From NCBI GenBank assembly GCA_038214755.1, contig JBBQRQ010000007.1, forward strand, positions 21,298 to 85,297: 64,000 bases of DNA, written 5' to 3'. This stretch comes from Verrucomicrobiota bacterium (GTDB lineage Bacteria; Verrucomicrobiota; Verrucomicrobiia; Limisphaerales; CANJXF01). Both the position numbers and the translations under genes were made by a program. The notes beneath the pieces are model-generated. The model ran no database searches. It saw only the letters and a program-made list of their open reading frames with translations, and was not told the origin of the DNA. Of this stretch, positions 31,780 to 38,955 are shown piece after piece. Position 1 is the stretch's first letter; every line of letters begins with the position of its first letter.

Positions 31780-32275
31780 AGGATCGGGGCATTAATGCCA
31801 ATGCTACGGCACCAAACATATCCATCCGGGCATCCTCGCTCTTCCACGGAACACGTTTTGGTGGCAACCGGAATCCGAGTTCATCCGAAAATTTGTCGGC
31901 AATGATTTGAGCGATCTGATGTTTGGTGCCGTGTCCATCAGGAACAAAGGTACGACTCACCTGCTCGCGCGGAAACAACAGGACAGTGACATTGCGTTTT
32001 TCCGCCCGGAAGATGATTCGCTTGGTGAGCATCCGAATCCTCGTTGAACGCCGGAACGGTTTAATGGAAGTATCTTCAAGAACCAGTACGTCAGGCTCAT
32101 AATGCTCGATCATCTCTCTTACCCTCGCAATTGATCCATTATTCTTGTCTCCATCAATTGCCTTCAGACCCCAATCGGCCAAGATGTTCTGTCCTTCAAG
32201 GAGCGCAAAACCGAGACCTCGAGTTGAGAGAGCTATTCCAAGGATACGAGGATATTTCGGGAGAGTCTTTGTCAT
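31712..32275 (-). CDS. RuvC/RNase H-like fold hypothetical protein
   Basis: RILGIALSTRGLGFALLEG..DWG; YEPDVLVLED; TKHQIA; MFGAVALAL. The last 68 nt run antisense into gntR. Confidence 0.6.
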   Translation of the reverse strand: MTKTLPKYPRILGIALSTRGLGFALLEGQNILADWGLKAIDGDKNNGSIARVREMIEHYEPDVLVLEDTSIKPFRRSTRIRMLTKRIIFRAEKRNVTVLLFPREQVSRTFVPDGHGTKHQIAQIIADKFSDELGFRLPPKRVPWKSEDARMDMFGAVALALMPRSFISAVLLSIPPVDREQVLRDRG

Positions 32276-32286
32276 GATGTTCTGGG

Positions 32287-32631
32287 TTAAGAAGCCGCAA
32301 GGTCAGCGAATGCTTCGCGTTTACGAACGCTCTGGGAACTAGGTTTGCCGAAATCTTTTCTTTCCGATAAAATCTTGGCCCGCTCGGTTACTTCTCCTTC
32401 GACTTTTTGATAGAGACCAGCAAAGAGTTCACTGGTTGATCTTTTGTAAACGACCTCGAACGCCAAGGCGGTTCTCAAACTTGGCTCACGAGCAAACCGT
32501 TCGTAACGGGAAATCTTGGCTCCGCTTCTAGTGCCCAACAGAAAAGCCACTTCATCTTGGGATAAAGCAAGGCGCTTTCGGTTTGCTTTGAGGTAATTGG
32601 GTAGTTGTGGCGAAGACATGGAATTGATCAA
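32287..32631 (-). CDS. XRE-family helix-turn-helix regulator
   Basis: NYLKANRKRLALSQDEVAFLLG....ISRYE...REPSL. Confidence 0.9.
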   Translation of the reverse strand: MINSMSSPQLPNYLKANRKRLALSQDEVAFLLGTRSGAKISRYERFAREPSLRTALAFEVVYKRSTSELFAGLYQKVEGEVTERAKILSERKDFGKPSSQSVRKREAFADLAAS

Positions 32632-32863
32632 CTCTGAATGAGTTACAAGTTACAGTATCCGATCACTCGGATTACCTCACGGGGGCAACCTTTGCCGGAA
32701 TCGGCAAGATTTTACAAAAACACCGAGCGTTTTTGCTCGGCGCTATCGGAAATATAAAAGCACATTTCTGGAGATTTGTACAGTATTCTTTGTGATTCAA
32801 CTTGCCTAAACCTACAAGCTTCACCGTCTGCCTCGCCGTATAGAGATGGGTCAGACTTAAGTG

Positions 32864-33034
32864 ATGAAAATTGAGCAGACCCAGATCGATGAGTTGAATC
32901 GCATTTGTATGGAGTCCTTTCAAAGAAATTTCTCCGAAACCGAATTACAGGAGATTGCCCAAAGGATCATTCGCTTTCTCAAGAATACCGAAGGCTTCCC
33001 CGCTCCACTTTCGCACGACGTTGACCCGGATTAA
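32864..33034 (+). CDS. Small (56 aa) recombinase-associated helical protein
   Basis: Below the track cutoff: MKIEQTQIDELNRICMESFQRNFSETELQEIAQRIIRFLKNTEGFPAPLSHDVDPD*; ends 31 nt before the recombinase start. Confidence 0.65.
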   Translation: MKIEQTQIDELNRICMESFQRNFSETELQEIAQRIIRFLKNTEGFPAPLSHDVDPD

Positions 33035-33050
33035 CGTCGTACGTTAAGCT
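33021..33050 (+). promoter_or_regulatory. Putative recombinase promoter with palindromic operator
   Basis: TTGACC (33021) - 18 nt - TAAGCT (33045); inverted repeat TTAACGT-cgt-ACGTTAA at 33031-33047. Confidence 0.5.
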
Positions 33051-33065
33051 AGAACAATCCCTTCC

Positions 33066-34904
33066 ATGACCCCCTATGTAATTTACAGTCGAAAATCGCT
33101 GGAGGATGAAGACAGTCAAGTGCAATCAATTCCGTCCCAAGAGAAGGAAATGAAATCGATTGCGGCTAAATTCAATTTGACCCTCGTCGAACCTCTGCTG
33201 AGTGAAGCCAAATCCGCCAAAGCACCTGGCCGGCTTGTTTTCAACGAGATGATGGAGCGGGTTGATAAAGGTAAAATCAAAGGAATACTTTGCTGGAAAC
33301 TTGATCGGCTTGCCCGCAATCCCGTTGACGGCGGACGGATCATTTGGGCAATCAAGCAACATGGTTTAGTCATCAAGACCCCTCACCAAACTTTCTCCCA
33401 GGCGGAGGATAACTTGATTCTCATGTATATCGAGTTTGGGATGGCTCAAAAATATGTTGATGATCTCAGTAGAAATACCACAAGAGGTTTGAAGGCCAAA
33501 GCTGAAAAGGGCTGGTACCCCGGTGTAGCTCCAATGGGATATTTAAACTCCAAGATAGAAGAACGTGGCAGTAAAACCATCCTGAGTGACCCGGAACGAT
33601 TTGCGGCTGTCCGGCGAATGTGGGATCACATGCTCACGGGCAATTTCAGCCCCGCACGCATCCAGAAGATGGCAAATGCGGAATGGGGATTTCGCACTCG
33701 CCAAACCAAACGAACGGGAGGTAAAGCCATTTCAAGAAGCACGGTCTACAAAATCTTTTCTGATCCCTTCTATTATGGTCGGTTTGAATATCCAAAAAGA
33801 AGCGGGCTATGGTATGAAGGCCAGCATGAACGGATGATTACGGAGGCAGAGTTCAACTGCGTCCAAAAGATACTTCACCGCGAGACTAATCCGCGGCCTC
33901 ATACGGAATTTGTTTTCCATTTCCGAGGATTGATTAGATGTGGAGAATGTAATTCAAGTATTACAGCCCATTGTAAGGAGCAAGTGCGTTGCACCGGGTG
34001 TCATTACAAATCGTCGGTCAAGAACCGCGCTTCCTGTTTTAAGTGTGGTCTATCACTCAATGACATGAAAGCTCCGAAGCTCAGGCAATACGCGTATTAC
34101 CATTGCACGCGCAAGCTCAATAGAGCTTGTCGCCAACAATGTATTTCTGCCGATGCCCTCGACAAGCAACTAACGGAAAAGTTGAAGGCTTACCGTCTGC
34201 CACCCGAGTTCCGGGATTGGGGCTTGAAATATATTGAAAAACTAAAGGATCAAGATCGTGCGGAGAGAAAGCAAATCTTTGAAGAACGCAGAAAGACGTA
34301 CGACCAATGTCTATCTCGCTTGGAGAATCTGGTTAAGCTCAAGACAGCCCCCGAGAATGCTGACGGCAGTCTTCTTTCCGATGAGGAGTATCAAAAACAG
34401 CGCTCCGATTTACTCAATCAGAAAGGCAGTCTAGCAATGGATACTTCCACCTTTGAGATCGAATTGGAGAGCAAGACGCGCGTGGCAAAGGAAGCCTTAA
34501 ACACGATGGGCCAAATAGCCGAACCGACCTTCGATGGGGATGTTTTGAGAAAAAGAGAGATTCTGGCTGCTCTGGGATTGAACCACGTCTTAAAGGAAAA
34601 GGAGCTAGAGATTAGGCCGGAATTTCCCTTCTCTGACTTTCCATATGATGGAAAGCAGGATCGATCTAGTATTGACCCGATTGAACCGGAAAATATGCAG
34701 GAGGGACCAGGCTTAAATGGGGATACTATCTCTCCTTGTCCGAGACTGGAGCGGGACGTGGACGAAGATCGAACCAACGCATTGAAATCGTGCCTTCAAT
34801 CAATCTGGAAAAAGATTGATCCATCATCGCCGATTTTCAATCGCTTTCCTTTTAAACTAGGGGCACCAATTGTCCCCGTTCGTCGCGGGAGACGGCTAAT
34901 TTAG
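33066..34904 (+). CDS. Large serine recombinase (resolvase + recombinase + zinc-ribbon + coiled coil)
   Basis: YSRKS catalytic Ser, ESAK..GR-like EAKSAKAPGR, WKLDRLARN, G.AP.GY, G.HE.MIT, CGEC...YYHC. Confidence 0.95.
   Translation: MTPYVIYSRKSLEDEDSQVQSIPSQEKEMKSIAAKFNLTLVEPLLSEAKSAKAPGRLVFNEMMERVDKGKIKGILCWKLDRLARNPVDGGRIIWAIKQHGLVIKTPHQTFSQAEDNLILMYIEFGMAQKYVDDLSRNTTRGLKAKAEKGWYPGVAPMGYLNSKIEERGSKTILSDPERFAAVRRMWDHMLTGNFSPARIQKMANAEWGFRTRQTKRTGGKAISRSTVYKIFSDPFYYGRFEYPKRSGLWYEGQHERMITEAEFNCVQKILHRETNPRPHTEFVFHFRGLIRCGECNSSITAHCKEQVRCTGCHYKSSVKNRASCFKCGLSLNDMKAPKLRQYAYYHCTRKLNRACRQQCISADALDKQLTEKLKAYRLPPEFRDWGLKYIEKLKDQDRAERKQIFEERRKTYDQCLSRLENLVKLKTAPENADGSLLSDEEYQKQRSDLLNQKGSLAMDTSTFEIELESKTRVAKEALNTMGQIAEPTFDGDVLRKREILAALGLNHVLKEKELEIRPEFPFSDFPYDGKQDRSSIDPIEPENMQEGPGLNGDTISPCPRLERDVDEDRTNALKSCLQSIWKKIDPSSPIFNRFPFKLGAPIVPVRRGRRLI
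34747..34775 (+). repeat. att-like direct repeat, copy 1 (inside the recombinase CDS)
   Basis: TGGAGCGGGACGTGGACGAAGATCGAACC; 28/29 identical to 35913-35941. Confidence 0.85.
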
Positions 34905-34957
34905 TCATGAGACTCTTTACTACCCGATGACCTGAACGGGAGGAGGAGAGACCTAGA

Positions 34958-35071
34958 CTACCTGTAATATCTCGTATTGATGGAGAAATTCCTTCCCTTT
35001 CTGCCGTCTTTATAAAGTAGTTTCTTCTCAGTTATTGCTTTGAATTCCTGAACTGCCTCCGTGATGATCAT
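34958..35071 (-). pseudogene. Possible degenerate second copy of the small recombinase-associated protein
   Basis: MIITEAVQEFKAITEKKLL..., with pattern similarity to 32864-33034; appears frameshifted towards the end. Confidence 0.35.
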
Positions 35072-35139
35072 TATAGTACGGTATCAAAACTGGAGTAGGA
35101 GTACAAGATTGCCGGAGGCGGCAAGAAATCTACACTGCT

Positions 35140-35168
35140 TTGCATTTTGGGTTAAAGTTTTATAGAAT
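35140..35168 (+). promoter_or_regulatory. sigma70-type promoter of hicBA (probably leaderless)
   Basis: TTGCAT - 17 nt - TAGAAT; the ATG at 35175 is 6 nt after the -10. Confidence 0.6.
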
Positions 35169-35174
35169 GAAACT

Positions 35175-35423
35175 ATGAACCAATACACCTACTCAGTCGA
35201 AATAGAAGCAGCGGAAGAAGGAGGATATGTCGCCTCTGTCCCCGCATTGCCGGGCTGTCATACGCAAGGCGAATCATTGGATGAAACAGTTGCCAATATC
35301 AAAGAAGCAATTGAAGGATTCTTACTGTCACTCGTAAAACATGGCGAGCCGATTCCTGTTGAGCGTGAGTCGAGACATCCTCTGACTATAAGCATAGGGG
35401 TACGATCTCCGCTTGCTGCATGA
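35175..35423 (+). CDS. hicB: Type II TA antitoxin HicB (short form)
   Basis: EEGGYVASVPALPGCHTQGESLDE...IKEAI...GEPIP; ATGA overlap with hicA. Confidence 0.92.
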   Translation: MNQYTYSVEIEAAEEGGYVASVPALPGCHTQGESLDETVANIKEAIEGFLLSLVKHGEPIPVERESRHPLTISIGVRSPLAA

Positions 35424-35647
35424 CGCGGTTACCTATTCTCAATTCTAAGAAAATAATTAAGGCTTTAAAACAAGCTGGTTTTGAAGAGGACATTCAACAT
35501 GGCAGTCATTTGTATTTTTGGCATCCGATAAAGAAACTAAGGACGTGTGTGCCAATTCATGCCGGCAAAGATATTGGTCGTAGCTTACTGAGAAAGATTT
35601 TAACCCAGGCTCGACTTTCAGAGGATGAATTCCGAAAATTACTCTAG
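35420..35647 (+). CDS. hicA: Type II TA toxin HicA
   Basis: IIKALKQAGF...GSH....HP....VPIH..KDI...LLRKIL.QA.LSEDEF. Confidence 0.92.
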   Translation: MTRLPILNSKKIIKALKQAGFEEDIQHGSHLYFWHPIKKLRTCVPIHAGKDIGRSLLRKILTQARLSEDEFRKLL

Positions 35648-35855
35648 ACACGAAAGGTGGTATTTTATTGCCCCGAAGTCCAAACCCAGCAAAGTGTTCC
35701 GTTCTCCTCACTCGATTAGCTGTCGAACAACATCTCTTCCTTGACCGTTTCAAAGAGAGACTGGAGTTTAAGAGCAGCTGGAGTGTTTACCTTGTTTACC
35801 ATACAAAAGTGGGTATCTCTCCTTTTTGAGGTAAACAGTCGGCCTTAGACCAAAG

Positions 35856-35881
35856 AAAAACCCCTAAGCTGAGGGGTTTTT
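35856..35881. terminator. Bidirectional intrinsic terminator-like hairpin
   Basis: AAAAACCCCT-aagctg-AGGGGTTTTT, about 30 nt before att-like copy 2. Confidence 0.7.
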
Positions 35882-35911
35882 CATGGGGGCTATTCTTGCC
35901 AATTTGGCAAC

Positions 35912-36079
35912 TTGGAGCGGGACATGGACGAAGATCGAACCGTATCATTGAAGCTTGCTTTAGAAGGAATTTGGAAAAAGATCGTTCCTTCATTGCCGAT
36001 TCTTGATCGCTACCCTTTCGTGAATGAAAAGCCAGTAATTCATGCTCTCCATCGTGATGAGAAGGGTCGTTTTGTTTAA
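35912..36079 (+). other. att-like repeat copy 2 plus an alternative recombinase C-terminal tail
   Basis: Translates as LERDMDEDRTVSLKLALEGIWKKIVPSLPILDRYPFVNEKPVIHALHRDEKGRFV*, colinear with the recombinase end LERDVDEDRTNALKSCLQSIWKKIDPSSPIFNRFPF... Confidence 0.8.
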
Positions 36080-36105
36080 GAAACAGATCCAATCAAATAA
36101 TCCTA

Positions 36106-36977
36106 GAAGCCATTTCATAAGTTAAAAATTGTAAGTGCTTTGTACTTGTACTTTTACGAAGGATTTGTGAAAAGCTGGGGATGCAAAAAGCATTCTTATC
36201 AGATGAGCAATGGAAAAAAATTGAGCCGCATTTGCCGTGCGACAAAAGTCGCGGACGGCCTTGGGCGGACAACCGCCGTGTCTTCGAAGGGCTATGGTGG
36301 ATGCTTAAGACCGGCGCACGCTGGTGCGATCTACCCAAAGAATATCCCAGCCCCAGCACCTGCTGGAGACGCTTGCGCCGCTGGGAAAAGCAAGGCGTCT
36401 GGCTCAAAATCTGGCGGCAGTTTTTATCGGAACTGGACCAGCGCGGCAAACTCGATTGGAGTGAAAGTTTTCTGGATGGCAGTTTTGCTCCGGCAAAAAA
36501 AGGGGCTTTGGCGTCGGCAAAACCAAGCGCGGCAAAGGCACGAAGTGGATGGTGGTGGTCGACGGCCAAGGTGTTCCTCTGGGAGTCCAACTGGTCAGCG
36601 CCAGCCCGGCGGAAGTGACGCTGGCGGAGAGCACGCTGCAAAAAATTTCGGTGCCGCAGCGGCGCGGACGCCCGCGCCAGCGGCCTTTGCGCGTGGTGGC
36701 CGACCGCGCTTACGACAGCGATGCCTTGCGCTGGCGTTTGCTGCAACGCGGCATGGTTTTGATCTGTCCGCATCGCAAGAACCGCCGGAAACCCTCGCGC
36801 AACGACGGACGAGAACTGCGCCGCTACCGCAAGCGTTGGAAAGTCGAACGCACCTTCGCCTGGCTGGGCAACTTCCGACGGTTGCTGGTTCGTCACGATC
36901 ATCATCTGAATATTTATGAAGCGTTTTTCCACCTCGCCTGCCTCATCATCACCCTCAGGCACTTATGAAATGGCTTC
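36106..36977 (+). mobile_element. IS5-family insertion sequence (IS427-like), 872 bp
   Basis: Perfect 20-bp inverted repeat CTAGAAGCCATTTCATAAGT (36103-36122 and 36961-36980), including the C-TA-G target; two-ORF transposase. Confidence 0.93.
36181..36968 (+). CDS. IS5 transposase, joined by a -1 programmed frameshift
   Basis: OrfA LSDEQW..IEP..GRP..DNR..GARWCDLP; slippery A7G4 at 36495-36505; OrfB GKGTKWMVVVDGQG, ADRAYDS, YRKRWKVERTFAW. Confidence 0.92.
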
Positions 36978-37054
36978 TAGTCATTCTCAGATGCTATTAC
37001 TACTCGGTTGACTCTAACTATATCACTCTCCCGCCGAATCTAAAAGAGACGGCT

Positions 37055-37303
37055 TTAGGAACTACCCCACTTGATCCAATCGCTCTGATGAATATTCGAC
37101 TGTTGGATCATTGTCTTGAGTGTTGAGATGGGATAACTCCCATGAGTAATATTCACTTCGACCCGTCTATCTTTCTCCGCACCTTCTCCGTATTTTATCC
37201 AGGCCTCATGCGAGCCTTTTAATGGTTTTAAAAATCTGAATCCGTTCTTCTTCAAAAAGTGCGTAACATCTCGATATGTCCAGTTGCGTAATTTTCTTGT
37301 CAT
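37055..37303 (-). CDS. HicA-family toxin-like protein
   Basis: YRDVTHFLKKNGF....KGSHEAW...VEV..TH...TLKTMIQQS. Confidence 0.8.
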   Translation of the reverse strand: MTRKLRNWTYRDVTHFLKKNGFRFLKPLKGSHEAWIKYGEGAEKDRRVEVNITHGSYPISTLKTMIQQSNIHQSDWIKWGSS

Positions 37304-37422
37304 GCCCCCAGAATAATTCTGAGGACCGTTGAAATACAGACGATGGGATTTGACGACAGCGGCAAGTCTTTTTTAGACGTCAAATGATCTTCCCTCCGAG
37401 GCCGTAGGGAAACCATATTCAT
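37300..37422 (-). pseudogene. Possible vestigial antitoxin C-terminus coupled to the second hicA
   Basis: 40-codon frame MNMVSLRP...DLPLSSNPIVCISTVLRIILGA*, ending in an ATGA overlap like hicB-hicA; lacks the HicB core. Confidence 0.3.
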
Positions 37423-37720
37423 TCTACTCGCAGCCGAAAGAGCGAAATGTTAGTCTGACGCACTACTGAAAGAGCATATTCCTTACTGTTGACCTTTTTC
37501 CAATTTCTGAGGACGCCACTGCCCTACACCAGAATTTACCTTGTTGCCCTGCCGTCAATTTTAGCTCGCTAACCGATCCTGCCAACGATTACACAGGGAA
37601 GAGACTGGATGATAAAGGTAAAAGATAAAAGAACCGTATTCTTCCAGGCACCAGACAGGCGTTTTATCTCTTTCGAGCGCCTGGATGTCAATTCACTTTC
37701 GCTGATTATATGCGAGTTGA

Positions 37721-37966
37721 TTACCCTTTCGACTCGCGAGGGTCTGCACTTCTAGGATAGGTACGCTCTTCTTGGAATCGAGCATTTTCCTTTTGGATTT
37801 TTACTGAACCGCCTTCCTGGCCAAGAACTTTCTTAAGCACCCCGCCTTTGGTCGCGTCCTCTTTGGTCTCGAAGGTTTTAACGACCCGGTTGGTTTTATC
37901 ATTTCCAAGGTCCCAACGGTCCTTTTTCTCGTTATATTCCAATGTGAATTTTCGTAAATTTGCCAT
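37721..37966 (-). CDS. DUF2188 domain protein
   Basis: W.L......FETKEDA....GGSVKIQKEN.RFQEERTYPR..DP..SKG. Confidence 0.8.
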   Translation of the reverse strand: MANLRKFTLEYNEKKDRWDLGNDKTNRVVKTFETKEDATKGGVLKKVLGQEGGSVKIQKENARFQEERTYPRSADPRESKG

Positions 37967-38114
37967 ATTTTTTTAAGTTAGTTCTTCGGTGGTCGACCGA
38001 GCACCGATATTGTTACAATGATATCAGTTATGGCAGGAATGTAAAGCTTGGTAGAATAGCGTTCTTGCCTTCCGTTCGATAACCCAGCATCTTGGCATGG
38101 TTGAGAACTGTCCT

Positions 38115-38594
38115 TTACAAGAGTTGTTCCATCAAGCCGGAAATCGCCCTAATCAATGGGTGAATCTCTCCCAAGAGGCATTTGAATTCGCCTCTACCGC
38201 GCGAGCTCGGTTTGCTAAAGGTGATCCAAAGACCAAAAAACGATTCTTTCCACTATCGCATCGAACTTAACCTAATCGACAAAAGCTTAGCATTGAAGCC
38301 AAGAAACCATTCTTTATCCTAGAAAATTCCGTGCGAGGTGAGGGATGTGAAAATCAAGAAATCGAACCTGAAATAATCCATGTGGAACGAGGACAGAAAG
38401 AGGCAAGGGCCTCTTCTGGTCCCGGATGGTGCGCCATCCGGGACGAAGATCGAACATTTCCATTAAAAAGCGGAGAGATAGTTAAGTCAATTTACCACTT
38501 CTTTCGAAGCGAATGTTCGTCGCCTAAATTTAAGTTGTCCGAATGGGCCGATTTAGGTCATGAAGAAAGCATGACAGAACAAGAAAAAATCTAA
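38115..38594 (+). pseudogene. Frameshifted C-terminal fragment of a second large serine recombinase, containing att-like copy 3
   Basis: ...QWVNLSQEAFEFASTARARFAKGDPKTKK/ILSTIASNLT/DK/LSIEAKKPFFILE...IEPE...WCAIRDEDRTF, aligning to GDVLRKREILAALGLNHVLKEKELEIRPEFPF...IEPE...DEDRT of 33066-34904; core GGACGAAGATCGAAC at 38441-38455. Confidence 0.75.
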
Positions 38595-38641
38595 AGTGGG
38601 TCGAACTTGCCGGAAGTGATAAGAATCATCACCTGCTCTGT

Positions 38642-38865
38642 TTACAGCAATTTTTGAAAGTCTTCCTCAGATACTTCTATTTGTTTCAAAATGAGTTTGA
38701 GCAATGAACGTTTTGGATCCTTACCATGCTTTGGCACGCACGTTGTAACCCCTTTATAGGATGTTTCAAAATAAGGTGACTACCGCGTTGCCTATCCACC
38801 ACAAAGCCGACTCGTTCGAGAGCTTGAATAATTTTACGTGCCGATAGAGTCGGCTGGCTGCCAAT
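38642..38865 (-). pseudogene. Frameshifted hicA copy
   Basis: PTLSARKIIQALERVGFVVDRQRGSHLILKHPIKG / TTCVPKHGKDPKRSLLKLILKQIEVSEEDFQKLL*; one frame break and no clear start codon. Confidence 0.8.
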
Positions 38866-38955
38866 TTCAAATATAAAAAATGACCGGTTGCGGACGGGAT
38901 TTAGATAAAAGCTTGTTGCCAAGCGATCTTTTGGTTAAAAACTGCGGTCGACCCA

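Larger units (their letters stand above)
31780..38880. mobile_element. Serine-recombinase genomic island with toxin-antitoxin cargo (boundaries approximate)
   Basis: Visibly AT-richer; contains a recombinase, XRE, RuvC-like ORF, hicBA, extra hicA copies, DUF2188, a second recombinase remnant and IS5; sits between two catabolic clusters. Confidence 0.75.

Noticed and set aside
34747..34775. Real tRNA genes at the att-like sites (also the GTTCGAACCCC at 62837)
   Set aside because: Only T-loop/acceptor-like fragments; I could not fold a cloverleaf from the flanks.
36093..36962. 289-aa minus-strand ORF and 259-aa plus-strand ORF over the IS
   Set aside because: Shadow frames of the IS5 transposase.
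34747..38455. Classical integron with attC sites
   Set aside because: No tyrosine integrase and no RYYYAAC...GTTRRRY palindromic attC structure; the repeats are direct and tied to a serine recombinase.
31780..38950. Terminal direct repeats (attL/attR) bounding the whole island
   Set aside because: None found by eye at either edge, so the boundaries remain approximate.
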